A DNA stretch of 64,000 bases, from positions 54,591 through 118,590 of the forward strand of contig JADFXT010000003.1 of assembly GCA_015233405.1 (NCBI GenBank), written 5' to 3'. The DNA comes from Candidatus Omnitrophota bacterium (GTDB taxonomy: Bacteria; Omnitrophota; Gorgyraeia; Zapsychrales; Zapsychraceae). The notes beneath the pieces were generated by a model. That model did not search any database, was not told the DNA's origin, and saw only the letters and a program-made list of their open reading frames with translations. The position numbers were made by a program, and so were the translations under genes. Shown in pieces: positions 35,801-45,793 of the stretch. Each line of letters begins with the position of its first letter. Position 1 is the first letter of the stretch.

Positions 35801-36157
35801 TTTGGGGATGATCTTGCTTAAATATTCTAGTGTACGGCTACGCGCCCAATAAATATCCGTGCCGTCTTTAAAAATAACGTAAACGTAGGAAAACCCGAAA
35901 TCAGAAAATCCTCGAACCGCTTTAACGTTAGGCGCTCCCAGAAGAGCACTGACGATAGGATAGGTGACCTGGTCCTCGATAATGTCAGGCGAGCGGTCCC
36001 AGCGGGAATAAATAATCACTTGGGTATCGGATAAATCAGGAATGGCGTCCAGGGGAATATTTTTTATACAATATAACGCGCCGATCATCGCCGCCAGGAC
36101 AAAGATGATGACGAGGTATTTATTCTTTGCGGAAAATTCGATAATTCGTTCGATCAT
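32849..36157 (-). CDS. heavy-metal efflux RND permease, CusA/CzcA family
   Basis: 1102 aa. HME-RND pattern from N-terminus (MIERIIEFSAKNKYLV) to C-terminus. 12-TM layout. Confidence 0.9.
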   Translation of the reverse strand: MIERIIEFSAKNKYLVIIFVLAAMIGALYCIKNIPLDAIPDLSDTQVIIYSRWDRSPDIIEDQVTYPIVSALLGAPNVKAVRGFSDFGFSYVYVIFKDGTDIYWARSRTLEYLSKIIPKLPEGVRTEIGPDASSVGWVYQYALVDKPERQWFGSPHSQSHKTGKNDLSKLRGFQDWYLRYWIQGVPGVAEVASVGGFQKQYQVNIDPNALLSYKIPLTKVVDAIRDSNNDVGGRLVEFSGAEYMIRGRGYAKSPQDIANVVIGSDPSGTPVLVKNVAQVVLGPDIRRGVADLDGQGDTVGGIVIMRYGENALNVITRVKEKIEEIKPSLPAGVDIIPTYDRSDLIKRSIETLKHQLIEEMIIVSLVILIFLWHFPSAIIPIVTIPIAVLLSFIPMFGMKLTSNIMSLSGIAISIGVLVDGAIVEVENAYKKLQLWDAGGRKGDFHVVRLNALKEVGPSVFFSLLVIAVAFLPVFTLVDQEGRLFRPLAFSKNLAMAIAALLAITLDPAMRMLFTRMDYKHFKPRWLSNLFNAATVGKYYPEEKHPISKTLFRIYEPACRFVLKHRKATIITAGILMLSVIPVFFQLGSEFMPPLNEGTILYMPTTMPGISVTETQKLLQSMDKILKSAPEVERVFGKAGRAETSTDPAPFSMMETTVVLKPENQWRKVDRWYSGLPEFLQTPFRPIWRDRITYEDLINDLDRKMQFPGVSNAWTMPIKARIDMLSTGVRTPVGIKIYGADLKEIEKIGLSLESVMKDIKGTRSVFAERVTGGYFLDFDIKREQLARYGLSVKDAEEIITSAIGGEAVTTTVEGRERYTVNVRYAREFRDDLEKLKRVLVPTEAGAQIPLEELADIHLSLGPAMIRDENGMLAGYVYVDIAGRDVGSYVTEARKIVREKIQLPTGYALSWSGQYENMLRVRERLKVVIPITLFLIFILLYMNTKSPIKASIVMLAVPFSLVGAIWFLYILHYNMSIAVWVGMIALMGLDAETGVFMLLFLDMSYHDMARQGKMKTREDLDEAIIHGAVKRIRPKMMTVMAMFMGLLPIMWSMGAGADMMKRIAAPMIGGILTSFILELLVYPPIYSIWKWRYEMKQGTVDVSK

Positions 36158-36177
36158 GTTATTTTTACCGTCTCTCT

Positions 36178-36283
36178 GTCATTCCCGCGGAGGCGGGAAT
36201 CCAGTAAATGCTTTTAAGACTTTCCATTTCAGACAAAATTCACCAGATATCCTGGATCCCCGCTTAAAGATTGCGGGGATGAC
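36178..36283. repeat. palindromic MITE/REP-like element, subfamily A (106 bp)
   Basis: gtcattcccgcggaggcgggaatccagtaaatgcttttaag ... ggatccccgcttaaagattgcggggatgac, lying between the RND permease and adaptor genes. Confidence 0.9.
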
Positions 36284-36294
36284 AACCTTAACAA

Positions 36295-37686
36295 TCATTT
36301 CTCTTGAGAAGGAGATTTTAACTTGCTCTCGGAATCGACGAGAAAGTTGCCGCTAGTCACGACCACATCCCCTTCTTTAAGGCCGCCTAAGACCTCGTAA
36401 TAATTCTCGACTTTCTGCCCGAGCGTAACTTCGCGGGATTCGAGCACATTGTTCTCTTCGGAAAGATAAACAATTTTTCTTAACCCCGTGTCTAGAACAG
36501 CCGTCTCGGGAACCGCTAATTTTTTGCCCAGACTTTCTTTGATCAAGGCATTAACGAACATTTCCGGCTTAAGTTTATTATCCGTGTTCGGAACCTCGAC
36601 GCGCACTTGATTCGTCCGCGTGTTTGGATCTAAGACAGGGCTGATAGAAACGACCTTGCCGGTGAATTTCTCGCCGGGATAGGCAACGGCTTCAATGTCG
36701 ACGGAATCGCCGACTTTAATAAAACCTATTTCATATTCATAGACATTGATATATGCCCAAACGCTTTCTCCCTTGCTGGGAAGATATAAATTCGTTTCCG
36801 CTTTGCGCGTCTGTTCAAGAGCAGCAATCTGGTCCTCGTTCATTCCTAAAAGTTTTAATTTATTTCGCGCGGCTTCCGTCAAACTTTTGGCTCTGTTGAT
36901 AACATCAGCCAGCGGAGAATCTTTGACATTATCCTCGGCATTTAACGCTTGAACAAATTCTTCCTGCGTGACGGCAAGCTCGGGATCATAAGCGATCTTG
37001 CCCGACACACGTACAACTTTCTGTAACTCTCTGACCTGGACCGACTCTGTCTGAACACCGATCATCTGCTGCCGCTCGGGGCTGATCACGACCGTCGTTC
37101 CTTTCTCCGTCGCTGTCGCTGGCTCTTCATAAACAGGAATATAATCCATGCCCATGGGATCTTTCATCGCTACCGGCGACGTGGATTGCGGGTCCATCGG
37201 GTTTCGATAAAACAAAACCTTGCGTTCTTTTTTGCCTTCGGCCGGGACAAGCGTTTTTTCGCTGGCGACTTCCACGAGCTTTCCGTTAGTTGTAACAATA
37301 AATTCACCACAGACCGGACAGACCAGCCTCTCGCCGGGTTTCAGATGTGCCTTGATCATCATAGGACAATTTTTCATGTTACATTTATGAAGGATACAAA
37401 CCTCGGCTAGTGTTTTTTCTTTAGATAGAGCTGGCGCGGCATTTATTCCTTGATTGGCTGTTTTATCCGCAGCACTGGCTTCTGTCTTCACCAATTTCAT
37501 CCCGCAAATGGCACAATCACCAGGCTTATCCGACGTAAAGGTCGGATGCATCGGGCAGCGATAGATAACATTGCCTTGCGAAACAGCGTTATGATCTTGC
37601 GATTGTCCACAACTTGCGAGAACAAAGACCGTTCCGACAAACATGATTGCTGCGAGAACCCATAACCCGTTCTTAAATAGCTTCAT
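36295..37686 (-). CDS. efflux RND periplasmic adaptor (CusB-like) with N-terminal heavy-metal-binding CxxC modules
   Basis: Lipobox LASCG. YRCPMHPTFTSDKPGDCAICGMKL plus a second Cys cluster. Barrel-sandwich hybrid and beta-barrel regions. Confidence 0.85.
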   Translation of the reverse strand: MKLFKNGLWVLAAIMFVGTVFVLASCGQSQDHNAVSQGNVIYRCPMHPTFTSDKPGDCAICGMKLVKTEASAADKTANQGINAAPALSKEKTLAEVCILHKCNMKNCPMMIKAHLKPGERLVCPVCGEFIVTTNGKLVEVASEKTLVPAEGKKERKVLFYRNPMDPQSTSPVAMKDPMGMDYIPVYEEPATATEKGTTVVISPERQQMIGVQTESVQVRELQKVVRVSGKIAYDPELAVTQEEFVQALNAEDNVKDSPLADVINRAKSLTEAARNKLKLLGMNEDQIAALEQTRKAETNLYLPSKGESVWAYINVYEYEIGFIKVGDSVDIEAVAYPGEKFTGKVVSISPVLDPNTRTNQVRVEVPNTDNKLKPEMFVNALIKESLGKKLAVPETAVLDTGLRKIVYLSEENNVLESREVTLGQKVENYYEVLGGLKEGDVVVTSGNFLVDSESKLKSPSQEK

Positions 37687-37720
37687 AATAACCTCTTTCT
37701 AAATTCATTTTTCTTAGGTT

Positions 37721-37791
37721 GTCATTCCTGCGAAAGCAGGAATCCAGTAAATACTTTTAGGTTCCTGGATCCCCGCTTCCGCGGGGATGAC
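37721..37791. repeat. palindromic MITE/REP-like element, subfamily A (71 bp, compact)
   Basis: gtcattcctgcgaaagcaggaatccagtaaatacttttaggttcctggatccccgcttccgcggggatgac. Confidence 0.9.
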
Positions 37792-37818
37792 AAAAAAGAG
37801 ACAATCCTGTGTTCTCGA

Positions 37819-39081
37819 TTAATAATCTATGTCTCCCCCGACAACTTTCTCAAGATCCGCTAAAGCGACGCGTAAATCTAATATTGCCTTGTAATGTTCC
37901 AATTTGAATTCTGTCAACATCCGCTGACTGTCGAGCACGGCGAGGAAATCTGTTCTTCCAGATTCATAGCCTTTCATCGCGACACTCACCGCTTCCTTAG
38001 CTTGTGGAATAAACGCCGTTTCATAAAGCTCGACGAGTTTTTTATTGGCTACGGCCCGGGCGTACGCATCGTTGACTTCAAAAAGAACCGCATTTTCTTT
38101 TCCCTTATATTCAGCCTTGACCATTTCAAGGTCCGATTTCATTTCCTTAACCCCAAACGATTGTTTTTCAAAAAACCACAAGGGGATAGTGACGCCGATC
38201 ATTCCCGCCCAGGCGCCGTCTACGGCGCTACCTTTATCGACCATCTGTTTAAATCGCACGTTAAAATCCGGCAAGAATTCGTTACGCGCAAGATCAACCG
38301 CTGCTTGCCCTCGGTCCACAGCATAGGCGAAAGCTTTAAGTTCGGGATTGTTTGCACGAGCGAGTTTATAAAAGTCATCGAGCGTTTGATCAAATTGAAT
38401 TGCCGGTTCGGCCAAAGGAATTCCAAAATCCGTTTTGGGATCTCTATTCAGGAGCACATCTAATCGCGCTTGGGCCGTCACCCGTTTCTGCTCGAGCAGA
38501 ATAAGTTCATTATCCACTCGGGCGAGTTCCACTTGAGATTTCAGCGCATCAGCCTGCGTGCCTTGACCGGCGCCATATCTCGTCGTCGCTGTTTTCGAAA
38601 GCTGGTCTAAAATATCTTTATTTTCTTTATTAATTTCAATTTCTTTATATATCAAAGAAAGCTCAGAGTAGGCACTCTTCACCTTCGAGACAATATCCCT
38701 CTCTTTGGCCTGATAATTTTCGTAGGCCATTTTCGCAAGCTTGGAGGCTATTTTCGCGCGTAAATATAATTTGGTGGGAAAGGGAATATCCTGGGAGACA
38801 GAAAATGTCTTCATAGGATTACCCGACAATTCCCGGTCAGCAGTTATCCGGTCGTATTCAAATTCAATGGTCGGATCGGCTAAACTTCTAGCCTGCGGAA
38901 TGCGCGCGCTGGCGGCATCAAACGCATTCTTCGTCGAGAGAATTTCTGGATTTGATGCCAGCGCTTCTTTGATCAACGAGTCGAGAGTATACGACTGATT
39001 ATTTTCGGCTCTTGCCGTCAGGGAAAATAAAACAATCGTAATAAGTGTAATCAAAAAGGTGATTTTTCGAACTACATTCAT
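37819..39081 (-). CDS. TolC-family outer-membrane efflux protein
   Basis: OEP repeats throughout. The ATG at 39081 (AGGAGG RBS, signal peptide MNVVRKITFLITLITIVLF) is preferred over the track start at 39219, which overlaps cysK. Confidence 0.85.
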   Translation of the reverse strand: MNVVRKITFLITLITIVLFSLTARAENNQSYTLDSLIKEALASNPEILSTKNAFDAASARIPQARSLADPTIEFEYDRITADRELSGNPMKTFSVSQDIPFPTKLYLRAKIASKLAKMAYENYQAKERDIVSKVKSAYSELSLIYKEIEINKENKDILDQLSKTATTRYGAGQGTQADALKSQVELARVDNELILLEQKRVTAQARLDVLLNRDPKTDFGIPLAEPAIQFDQTLDDFYKLARANNPELKAFAYAVDRGQAAVDLARNEFLPDFNVRFKQMVDKGSAVDGAWAGMIGVTIPLWFFEKQSFGVKEMKSDLEMVKAEYKGKENAVLFEVNDAYARAVANKKLVELYETAFIPQAKEAVSVAMKGYESGRTDFLAVLDSQRMLTEFKLEHYKAILDLRVALADLEKVVGGDIDY

Positions 39082-39115
39082 TGGCCCTCCTATTTGAAAA
39101 ACAACCGCTTTGAGT

Positions 39116-40051
39116 TTACACCAAGAACTCCTGGAATAACCAGGTCGACAAATACCGCTCCCCTGAATCGGGAAGAATAGCCACAATAAGCTTTCCCTTA
39201 TTTTCTTTTCGTTTGGCAACTTCGAGCGCGGCCCAGGCCGCTGCCCCGCTGGAGATCCCGACTAAAATCCCTTCCTGTTTAGCGAGCTGCCGCGCAACTT
39301 TTCCAGCATCTTCCTTGCTCACTTGGATGATTTCATCGACGACATTTCGGTTTAAGACCTGCGGAACAAATCCCGCACCAATTCCCTGGATTTTATGTGG
39401 GCCAGGATTTCCTCCGGATAAAACAGGTGAATCCGCAGGTTCAATGGCGATCGCCTTAAACTCCGGCTTACGCTTTTTGATCACTTCTGAAATCCCCGTG
39501 ATTGTCCCACCCGTTCCGACTCCCGCGACCAAAATATCAATTTTTCCGTCGGTATCATTCCAGATTTCCTCCGCGGTTGTTTTACGGTGGATTTCCGGGT
39601 TCGCCGGATTATTGAACTGCTGCGGCATAAAACTGTTCGGCGTATTTTTAAGTAACTCCTCCGCTTTCTCTATTGCGCCCTTCATGCCTTTCGCGCCTTC
39701 GGTCAAGACAAGCTCAGCGCCGAAAATTTTTAACAGTTGCCGACGCTCAAGGCTCATGGTGTCCGGCATCGTTAAGATCAACTTGTAACCTTTGGCCGCA
39801 GCGACAAACGCCAACGCAATTCCGGTATTGCCGCTCGTCGGCTCAATAATAACGGAATCTTTATTGAGGACTCCGCGCCGCTCTGCGTCTTCAATTAAAG
39901 CAACACCCAAACGGTCCTTCACACTTGAAAGCGGATTAAAAGACTCCACTTTGACGACCACCGTAGCCTCGAGACCTTCGGCCAAACGGTTCAACTTGAC
40001 CAACGGCGTATTGCCGACGGTCTTTGTGATATCAGAGAATATTTTTGACAT
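39116..40051 (-). CDS. cysK: cysteine synthase A (O-acetylserine sulfhydrylase)
   Basis: [28 protein letters not shown] (PLP Lys), [15 protein letters not shown]. The track extension to 40129 reads through a repeat element. Confidence 0.95.
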   Translation of the reverse strand: MSKIFSDITKTVGNTPLVKLNRLAEGLEATVVVKVESFNPLSSVKDRLGVALIEDAERRGVLNKDSVIIEPTSGNTGIALAFVAAAKGYKLILTMPDTMSLERRQLLKIFGAELVLTEGAKGMKGAIEKAEELLKNTPNSFMPQQFNNPANPEIHRKTTAEEIWNDTDGKIDILVAGVGTGGTITGISEVIKKRKPEFKAIAIEPADSPVLSGGNPGPHKIQGIGAGFVPQVLNRNVVDEIIQVSKEDAGKVARQLAKQEGILVGISSGAAAWAALEVAKRKENKGKLIVAILPDSGERYLSTWLFQEFLV

Positions 40052-40097
40052 AATGACCTCACTTTCTTCTTTACTCTCATTCCCACCCCACACCGCT

Positions 40098-40182
40098 GTC
40101 ATTCCCGAAATCTTTTGTCGGGAATCCACGACGAGAATATGGTCTTGTTATGAATCCCCGATTAAAATCATTCGGGGATGAC
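40098..40182. repeat. palindromic MITE/REP-like element, subfamily B (85 bp)
   Basis: gtcattcccgaaatcttttgtcgggaatcc ... gaatccccgattaaaatcattcggggatgac. Confidence 0.85.
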
Positions 40183-40237
40183 AACTCTTAGACTAAGACA
40201 TTCGAAATGACAAAAAAATGCACTCTACAAAATTAGC

Positions 40238-41542
<1,305 letters not shown>

Positions 41543-41591
41543 TCATTGGAGAGGGAAAGATTTTCACAACCTTTCCCTCTGGAATTTTTTC

Positions 41592-42422
41592 TTAAAATGC
41601 ATATTGGGCGCTTAACACGACTCCGTCGCCCAACCCGACTGTACTGGTTGATTTTGAATCCCCGGCATTGACATACGCCAAGACCAAAGAAAGATTCTTA
41701 TTCGCCAGAAAGGCAATATGCGCATCCCAATAATCGGCATTCTTAAATGTCGGAAAGCGCGCGCCTTGTTTGTATTCAAACCCGAGGACGAATTTATCTG
41801 TCAATATCACGTCGACGTTGCCGAACCCTGTGACGTCTCTCTTATCATCATACCCAAACACGCCCGTCACCCGGCTATTGGTCGAAACCACACCTCCCGA
41901 TAATAGCACAGGCCTGGGAAACAGGGTAATGGATTTTGTGGCAACTAAATAATAGTCCTCGCCCGTCGAATCAACGCCGGCCGGGCCGTTGGCCGTATGC
42001 TTGACCACACTTCCGACGGATACCGCAGGAACAAATTTAGAATCAAACGCATTTTCCGGCAAGACCAGGAATTTCGCGCCGATATTATTCTTATGTTTTG
42101 TCTCTGTGTTAGATTGGGCGATGATTTCATGGCCGTAAGAAAGTTCCAACCTTTTAAAGAACGTCTGGGCGACTCCCAGCGACGTCCAATCGACGTTGAC
42201 ATGGTCCAGATTCACATACCAAGCACCGAATCGTGGAAGGCCGATCGCATCGCTTTCTCCTATTTTAATATGGCTGTCGGAATCTGCCAAATACGCCAGC
42301 GGATTAAACGCGATCCCGCCAACACCTTCCAGATTCGTCAAGGGCGGGCCTGCCAAAACATTTCTTGATAAAGTAAAAACCGTCAGCACGGCAAACACAA
42401 AAACAAATATCAACTTCTTCAT
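41592..42422 (-). CDS. putative outer-membrane beta-barrel protein
   Basis: Signal peptide, alternating amphipathic strands and a C-terminal ...LSAQYAF typical of OMPs. No family assignment. Confidence 0.55.
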   Translation of the reverse strand: MKKLIFVFVFAVLTVFTLSRNVLAGPPLTNLEGVGGIAFNPLAYLADSDSHIKIGESDAIGLPRFGAWYVNLDHVNVDWTSLGVAQTFFKRLELSYGHEIIAQSNTETKHKNNIGAKFLVLPENAFDSKFVPAVSVGSVVKHTANGPAGVDSTGEDYYLVATKSITLFPRPVLLSGGVVSTNSRVTGVFGYDDKRDVTGFGNVDVILTDKFVLGFEYKQGARFPTFKNADYWDAHIAFLANKNLSLVLAYVNAGDSKSTSTVGLGDGVVLSAQYAF

Positions 42423-42543
42423 TTTTTTATCTCCTTAGATTTTTTTGTGCTTTTTTACTCCAGCTGACTGGTTATTATTAAGCATGGTTTATTTTTTTAA
42501 AATAGTCCGGATAACCGGTAAAAATCATTTCACCAAAGAATTA

Positions 42544-42735
42544 CTAGATCCCACCTCCTTCCTCAAGCTTCCACACGTCGTCGAACCGCGTCTTTTTAGC
42601 GATATCGATTTGCACGATCTTTCTATTGTGGACCTTAATATGGACTTCACCGTATTCCAGAGATTCCACCCCATCGCTGATGTCTTTGATAATGGTGTCG
42701 TTAAGAAACTTTTTCGAATTGTTTTTGATATCCAT
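42544..42735 (-). CDS. YezD/DUF2292-like small protein
   Basis: 63 aa. YGEVHIKVHNRKIVQID matches the YezD-family pattern common in sulfur-assimilation loci. Confidence 0.55.
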   Translation of the reverse strand: MDIKNNSKKFLNDTIIKDISDGVESLEYGEVHIKVHNRKIVQIDIAKKTRFDDVWKLEEGGGI

Positions 42736-42746
42736 TTATTGCTCCT

Positions 42747-42784
42747 TAAATAAAATCCCGCTCTCCTTCTTTAAGGCTAGCGGG
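42747..42784 (-). terminator. candidate terminator/attenuator hairpin in the Rrf2-yezD spacer
   Basis: Minus-strand RNA: cccgcu-(16 nt)-agcggg followed by auuuuauuu, located just upstream of the yezD-like RBS. Confidence 0.3.
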
Positions 42785-42898
42785 CTGTCTCGTCCTAGAA
42801 ATTAATGTTTTGTCTACTTAATAGGAAGACCTCCCTGGCCGCGCATCTCTATGCGACACATCATTAAGCCCATATTATTAGGGAAGAAGAACATGTGT

Positions 42899-43339
42899 TT
42901 ATATCGCATAAGCAATCACTTTTTGTTCAGCATCAAGCTGCAAAGCCAATTGTTCAAAATTTATATTGTCAATAATATCCGATGTCGCTTGTGAAACGTC
43001 CTGCCAGATTTTCCTAAAAACACACTTATAAACATCGCCGCACTGAGAATATCCCTCTTTAACGCAAGCAATCGGTTCTGTCGGTCCATCGACAAACCGG
43101 ACAACATCGCCTACAGTGATCTCGGCTGGCGACCTTGCCAATAAATATCCGCCAACATTCCCGCGCCGGCTTTCCACAAATCCACCTCTCTTTAATTCCA
43201 AGAGCACCTGCTCTAAAAATTTAATCGGGGCATCAATATGCGTGGCGATATCATTGATGGTCAAAAGCCCTTGGTTATAATTCTTTGCTAAATCTAATAC
43301 AGCCTTAAGCGCGTAATCACCTTTATACGTAATCTTCAT
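42899..43339 (-). CDS. Rrf2-family transcriptional regulator (CymR/IscR-like)
   Basis: MKITYKGDYALKAVLDLA...INDIATHIDAPIKFLEQVLLELKRGGFVESRRGNVGGY. Confidence 0.9.
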   Translation of the reverse strand: MKITYKGDYALKAVLDLAKNYNQGLLTINDIATHIDAPIKFLEQVLLELKRGGFVESRRGNVGGYLLARSPAEITVGDVVRFVDGPTEPIACVKEGYSQCGDVYKCVFRKIWQDVSQATSDIIDNINFEQLALQLDAEQKVIAYAI

Positions 43340-43448
43340 TATTTCCTCCTGTTAATCTATAATGTCTATCAACATAGTATAGTATATAATGAAATTAAAA
43401 TTTGTCAAGTATTTTTTTAGGGGATGCTTCGAGAAGAATTATTCTGTT

Positions 43449-44408
43449 CTAAATCAATATCTTTTGCAATAAATTAAAGAGGTAACCGATAACGATAATA
43501 CTTAATGCTGTGATGCTAAAAAAGATAACTATCAATTTTAGCTTCATCGCCCTTCGAAGCATAATCGCTTCAGGAAGGCTCAACGCCGCCACCGCCATTA
43601 AAAACGCTAAAGCCGTCCCTAAAGGGAATCCTTTTTGGAATAAAACAACAGCAATAGGGACAATGGCCGCACAGCTTCCGTACATGGGCACGCCAATCAA
43701 GACGGCAATAGGCACAGAAAGAAACCCAGTTTTACTGACAATAAACTGAACCTCTGTTTGTGGGACGTAATTATGGATTAAAGCTCCAACCCCGACGCCA
43801 AAAAGTATCCAAATCCAAAGCTTCTCGACAATGCATTTTGCTTCGTTTACGCCAAAGCCAATCCTTCCTACGATGTTCTTCGTCCTTACATCACAAGCCT
43901 CTGCTTCATGTTGGGGTACCATATCTTTCTCGACGTAATTTTCCAGATTCATTTTTCCTAAAACAATTCCCACGATAATTCCAATCGCCATGCCACTGAT
44001 GACATAGGCCAGAGCTATCTTCCATCCGAAGAATCCGATCATGAGCACCACTAAGTATTCATTGATTAACGGTGATGTTATTAAGAAAGAAAATGCCACA
44101 CCCAACGGGATTCCGGAATCCAAAAAACTGATAAAGAGAGGGATTGAAGAACAGGAACAAAACGGGGTGATTGCACCAAAGAGCGCGGCAAAAAAGTTTC
44201 CCCATCCCTTTCTGGCCGTAATCCAGGTTTTAATTTTATCTTGAGATAAAAAAGTGCGTAAAAATCCTATGACCGAAATCATGACAAATAAAAGCAGGAT
44301 TATCTTAGTGGAATCATAGATAAAAAAATTTATCGCTGATCCTACTTGAGCGTTGGGATCAAGCCTCAAAAAAGAATACGTCAACCAATCGACCATTATC
44401 TGCAGCAT
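43449..44408 (-). CDS. predicted permease (DUF318/ArsP-like family)
   Basis: 319 aa, multi-TM. GAITPFCSCSSIPLFISFLDSGIPLGVAFSFLITSPLINE signature. Confidence 0.8.
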   Translation of the reverse strand: MLQIMVDWLTYSFLRLDPNAQVGSAINFFIYDSTKIILLLFVMISVIGFLRTFLSQDKIKTWITARKGWGNFFAALFGAITPFCSCSSIPLFISFLDSGIPLGVAFSFLITSPLINEYLVVLMIGFFGWKIALAYVISGMAIGIIVGIVLGKMNLENYVEKDMVPQHEAEACDVRTKNIVGRIGFGVNEAKCIVEKLWIWILFGVGVGALIHNYVPQTEVQFIVSKTGFLSVPIAVLIGVPMYGSCAAIVPIAVVLFQKGFPLGTALAFLMAVAALSLPEAIMLRRAMKLKLIVIFFSITALSIIVIGYLFNLLQKILI

Positions 44409-44578
44409 GAATTCTTCCCCTTATCGGATGAGTTACAACAGCTGGATTCTGATTTCGCCTTGGCCTCTATCTTTTTGTCTAATTTTTCCACCCAATTTCT
44501 AAAAAAAGTTTTTACCTTGCAGATCTTTTTGCTTTTATTAGTCTCTTCCATATACTCCTCCTTTTCGAATAGACACAA
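44396..44578 (-). CDS. small protein with C-terminal paired-Cys motifs (SSCCNSSDKGKNSCC)
   Basis: A 50-60-aa ORF overlapping the permease start by 13 nt. No homology claim is made. Confidence 0.35.
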   Translation of the reverse strand: MCLFEKEEYMEETNKSKKICKVKTFFRNWVEKLDKKIEAKAKSESSCCNSSDKGKNSCCR

Positions 44579-44598
44579 TTCTCCAGAAAAATTCCCAG

Positions 44599-45282
44599 TT
44601 AAACTTTTGCACTAATGCGGCCGTCTACCGGTACAATATTTTTCCAGACAAATATCTGCGACGCTATTTCATCATCAAAGACAACATTCGCATCTTCACA
44701 ATCAATCACATACGCGGGAGAATTTTGAAGAAGTTTAATGACGGAACCACGCGAAAGATGCAAGCTCTCGATCTGATAGAATTGCTGTTCGCTTTTGTAA
44801 TTGATATACGCTATGCGCGTTGAACATCCCACCTTCATATTCGTCAGCGGAATCACGAGGCTTTCGCTGGTAACGACGGCACGCTTACAACAATCACCTT
44901 CCGGGATGGGCTTTCCGTGCGGACATTCCCTCGGGTGAGAAAGCAAAGAACAAATACTGTCAACGATTTCTGAGATGACCATATGCTCAAATTCGCAGGC
45001 CAAAGGCTCGGAAACCTGGCCAAAAACGGTGTAAAGCAGCGTCTCGGCTAAACGGTGCGACCGGATCAAACGCCGCGCCGCAGCCTCGCCCATTGTGGTC
45101 AGCGCCACGTTCTCGCCGCCATCGGAAAATTTCACCAAACCATCAGACTTAAGCACATTTAAATACTTAGCATCAAAATTTACGCCGACGTGTTGTTTTA
45201 ATAAACCAAGCGAATTCACGCCATCTTCTTTCATGTGCCACAAACATTCGAGATATTCATCGAGATCATTTTTTTCTATCAT
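44599..45282 (-). CDS. DtxR/IdeR-family metal-dependent repressor with C-terminal FeoA/SH3-like domain
   Basis: LDEYLECLW...RRLIRSHRLAETLL...HPRECPHGKPIP, then an SH3-like tail. The ATG at 45282 has an AGGAG RBS; the track start at 45363 overlaps the feoB C-fragment. Confidence 0.85.
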   Translation of the reverse strand: MIEKNDLDEYLECLWHMKEDGVNSLGLLKQHVGVNFDAKYLNVLKSDGLVKFSDGGENVALTTMGEAAARRLIRSHRLAETLLYTVFGQVSEPLACEFEHMVISEIVDSICSLLSHPRECPHGKPIPEGDCCKRAVVTSESLVIPLTNMKVGCSTRIAYINYKSEQQFYQIESLHLSRGSVIKLLQNSPAYVIDCEDANVVFDDEIASQIFVWKNIVPVDGRISAKV

Positions 45283-45301
45283 ATTTTCTCCTTCAAGATT
45301 A

Positions 45302-45772
45302 TTATTTTTTAAGAAATACCAGCAGCCAATAAAGCCCGCCTGCCAACAAAATCGAACTGACACTGATATACGCCATCATCCATGCAGCTTTTCTTGTCCC
45401 CATCTCTCTTGCCAGTGCTACGGTATGTGCCAAACAAGGCATAAATGTGGTCGTTAACACCACGGCGACAATACACTGCGTGACATTAAGAGCTCCGCAC
45501 TGAACCAGTTTAATGATCATCCCGGCCGCCGCTTCCCGTCGGGCAACGCAAACAATAAGCACATCGACCATCTGAAGCGGAAGGCCCAAAAAACCTTTGA
45601 TAACGGGGCTGACGATGTATTTTATTAAATTCAATAATCCTATTTTATCCGACGCGAAAAGAACAACGGCGGTAATCATAAATACCGGGACAGATTCTTT
45701 CAAAAACCAGAGGATCCTATAATAAACTTTCACCAGCACCAGCTTGGGGTCTGGCATCCGCATGCGCGGCAC
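45302..45772 (-). CDS. feoB: FeoB C-terminal membrane fragment (same frame as the upstream feoB, after one TAA)
   Basis: MPDPKLVLVKVYYRILWFLKESVPVFMI... corresponds to the region after the conserved P-x-Y-R-x-P loop of FeoB. GTG start with no Shine-Dalgarno sequence. Confidence 0.6.
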   Translation of the reverse strand: MPRMRMPDPKLVLVKVYYRILWFLKESVPVFMITAVVLFASDKIGLLNLIKYIVSPVIKGFLGLPLQMVDVLIVCVARREAAAGMIIKLVQCGALNVTQCIVAVVLTTTFMPCLAHTVALAREMGTRKAAWMMAYISVSSILLAGGLYWLLVFLKK

Positions 45773-45793
45773 GGACTGGATAAAATCGCTCTT

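Noticed and set aside
36042-36356. ORFs reading through the palindromic repeats (36042-36356 +, 14538-14837 +, 11759-11983 +, 39792-40181 +) and the N-terminal extensions of cysK (to 40129) and the OMF gene (to 39219)
   Set aside because: Their only conserved parts are translations of the repeat hairpins (..CHSRGGGNPVNAFK.., ..[10 protein letters not shown]..). Internal ATGs with good RBS give canonical N-termini ([10 protein letters not shown].. for CysK; the signal peptide MNVVRK.. for the OMF).
32506-39081. Heavy-metal RND efflux system (YHS protein, CusA/CzcA-like, adaptor, OMF) as part of the biomineralisation system
   Set aside because: It lies 15 kb away, separated by housekeeping operons (pst, mla, gap). 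It is a standard Cu/Ag or divalent-cation efflux arrangement. The only link is the shared repeat family.
44599-45363. DtxR-FeoA 'fusion' as a novel architecture, and the track start at 45363
   Set aside because: The SH3/FeoA-like C-terminal domain is the normal third domain of DtxR/IdeR-type repressors. The long N-terminal extension overlaps the feoB fragment and lacks an RBS, whereas the ATG at 45282 has AGGAG.
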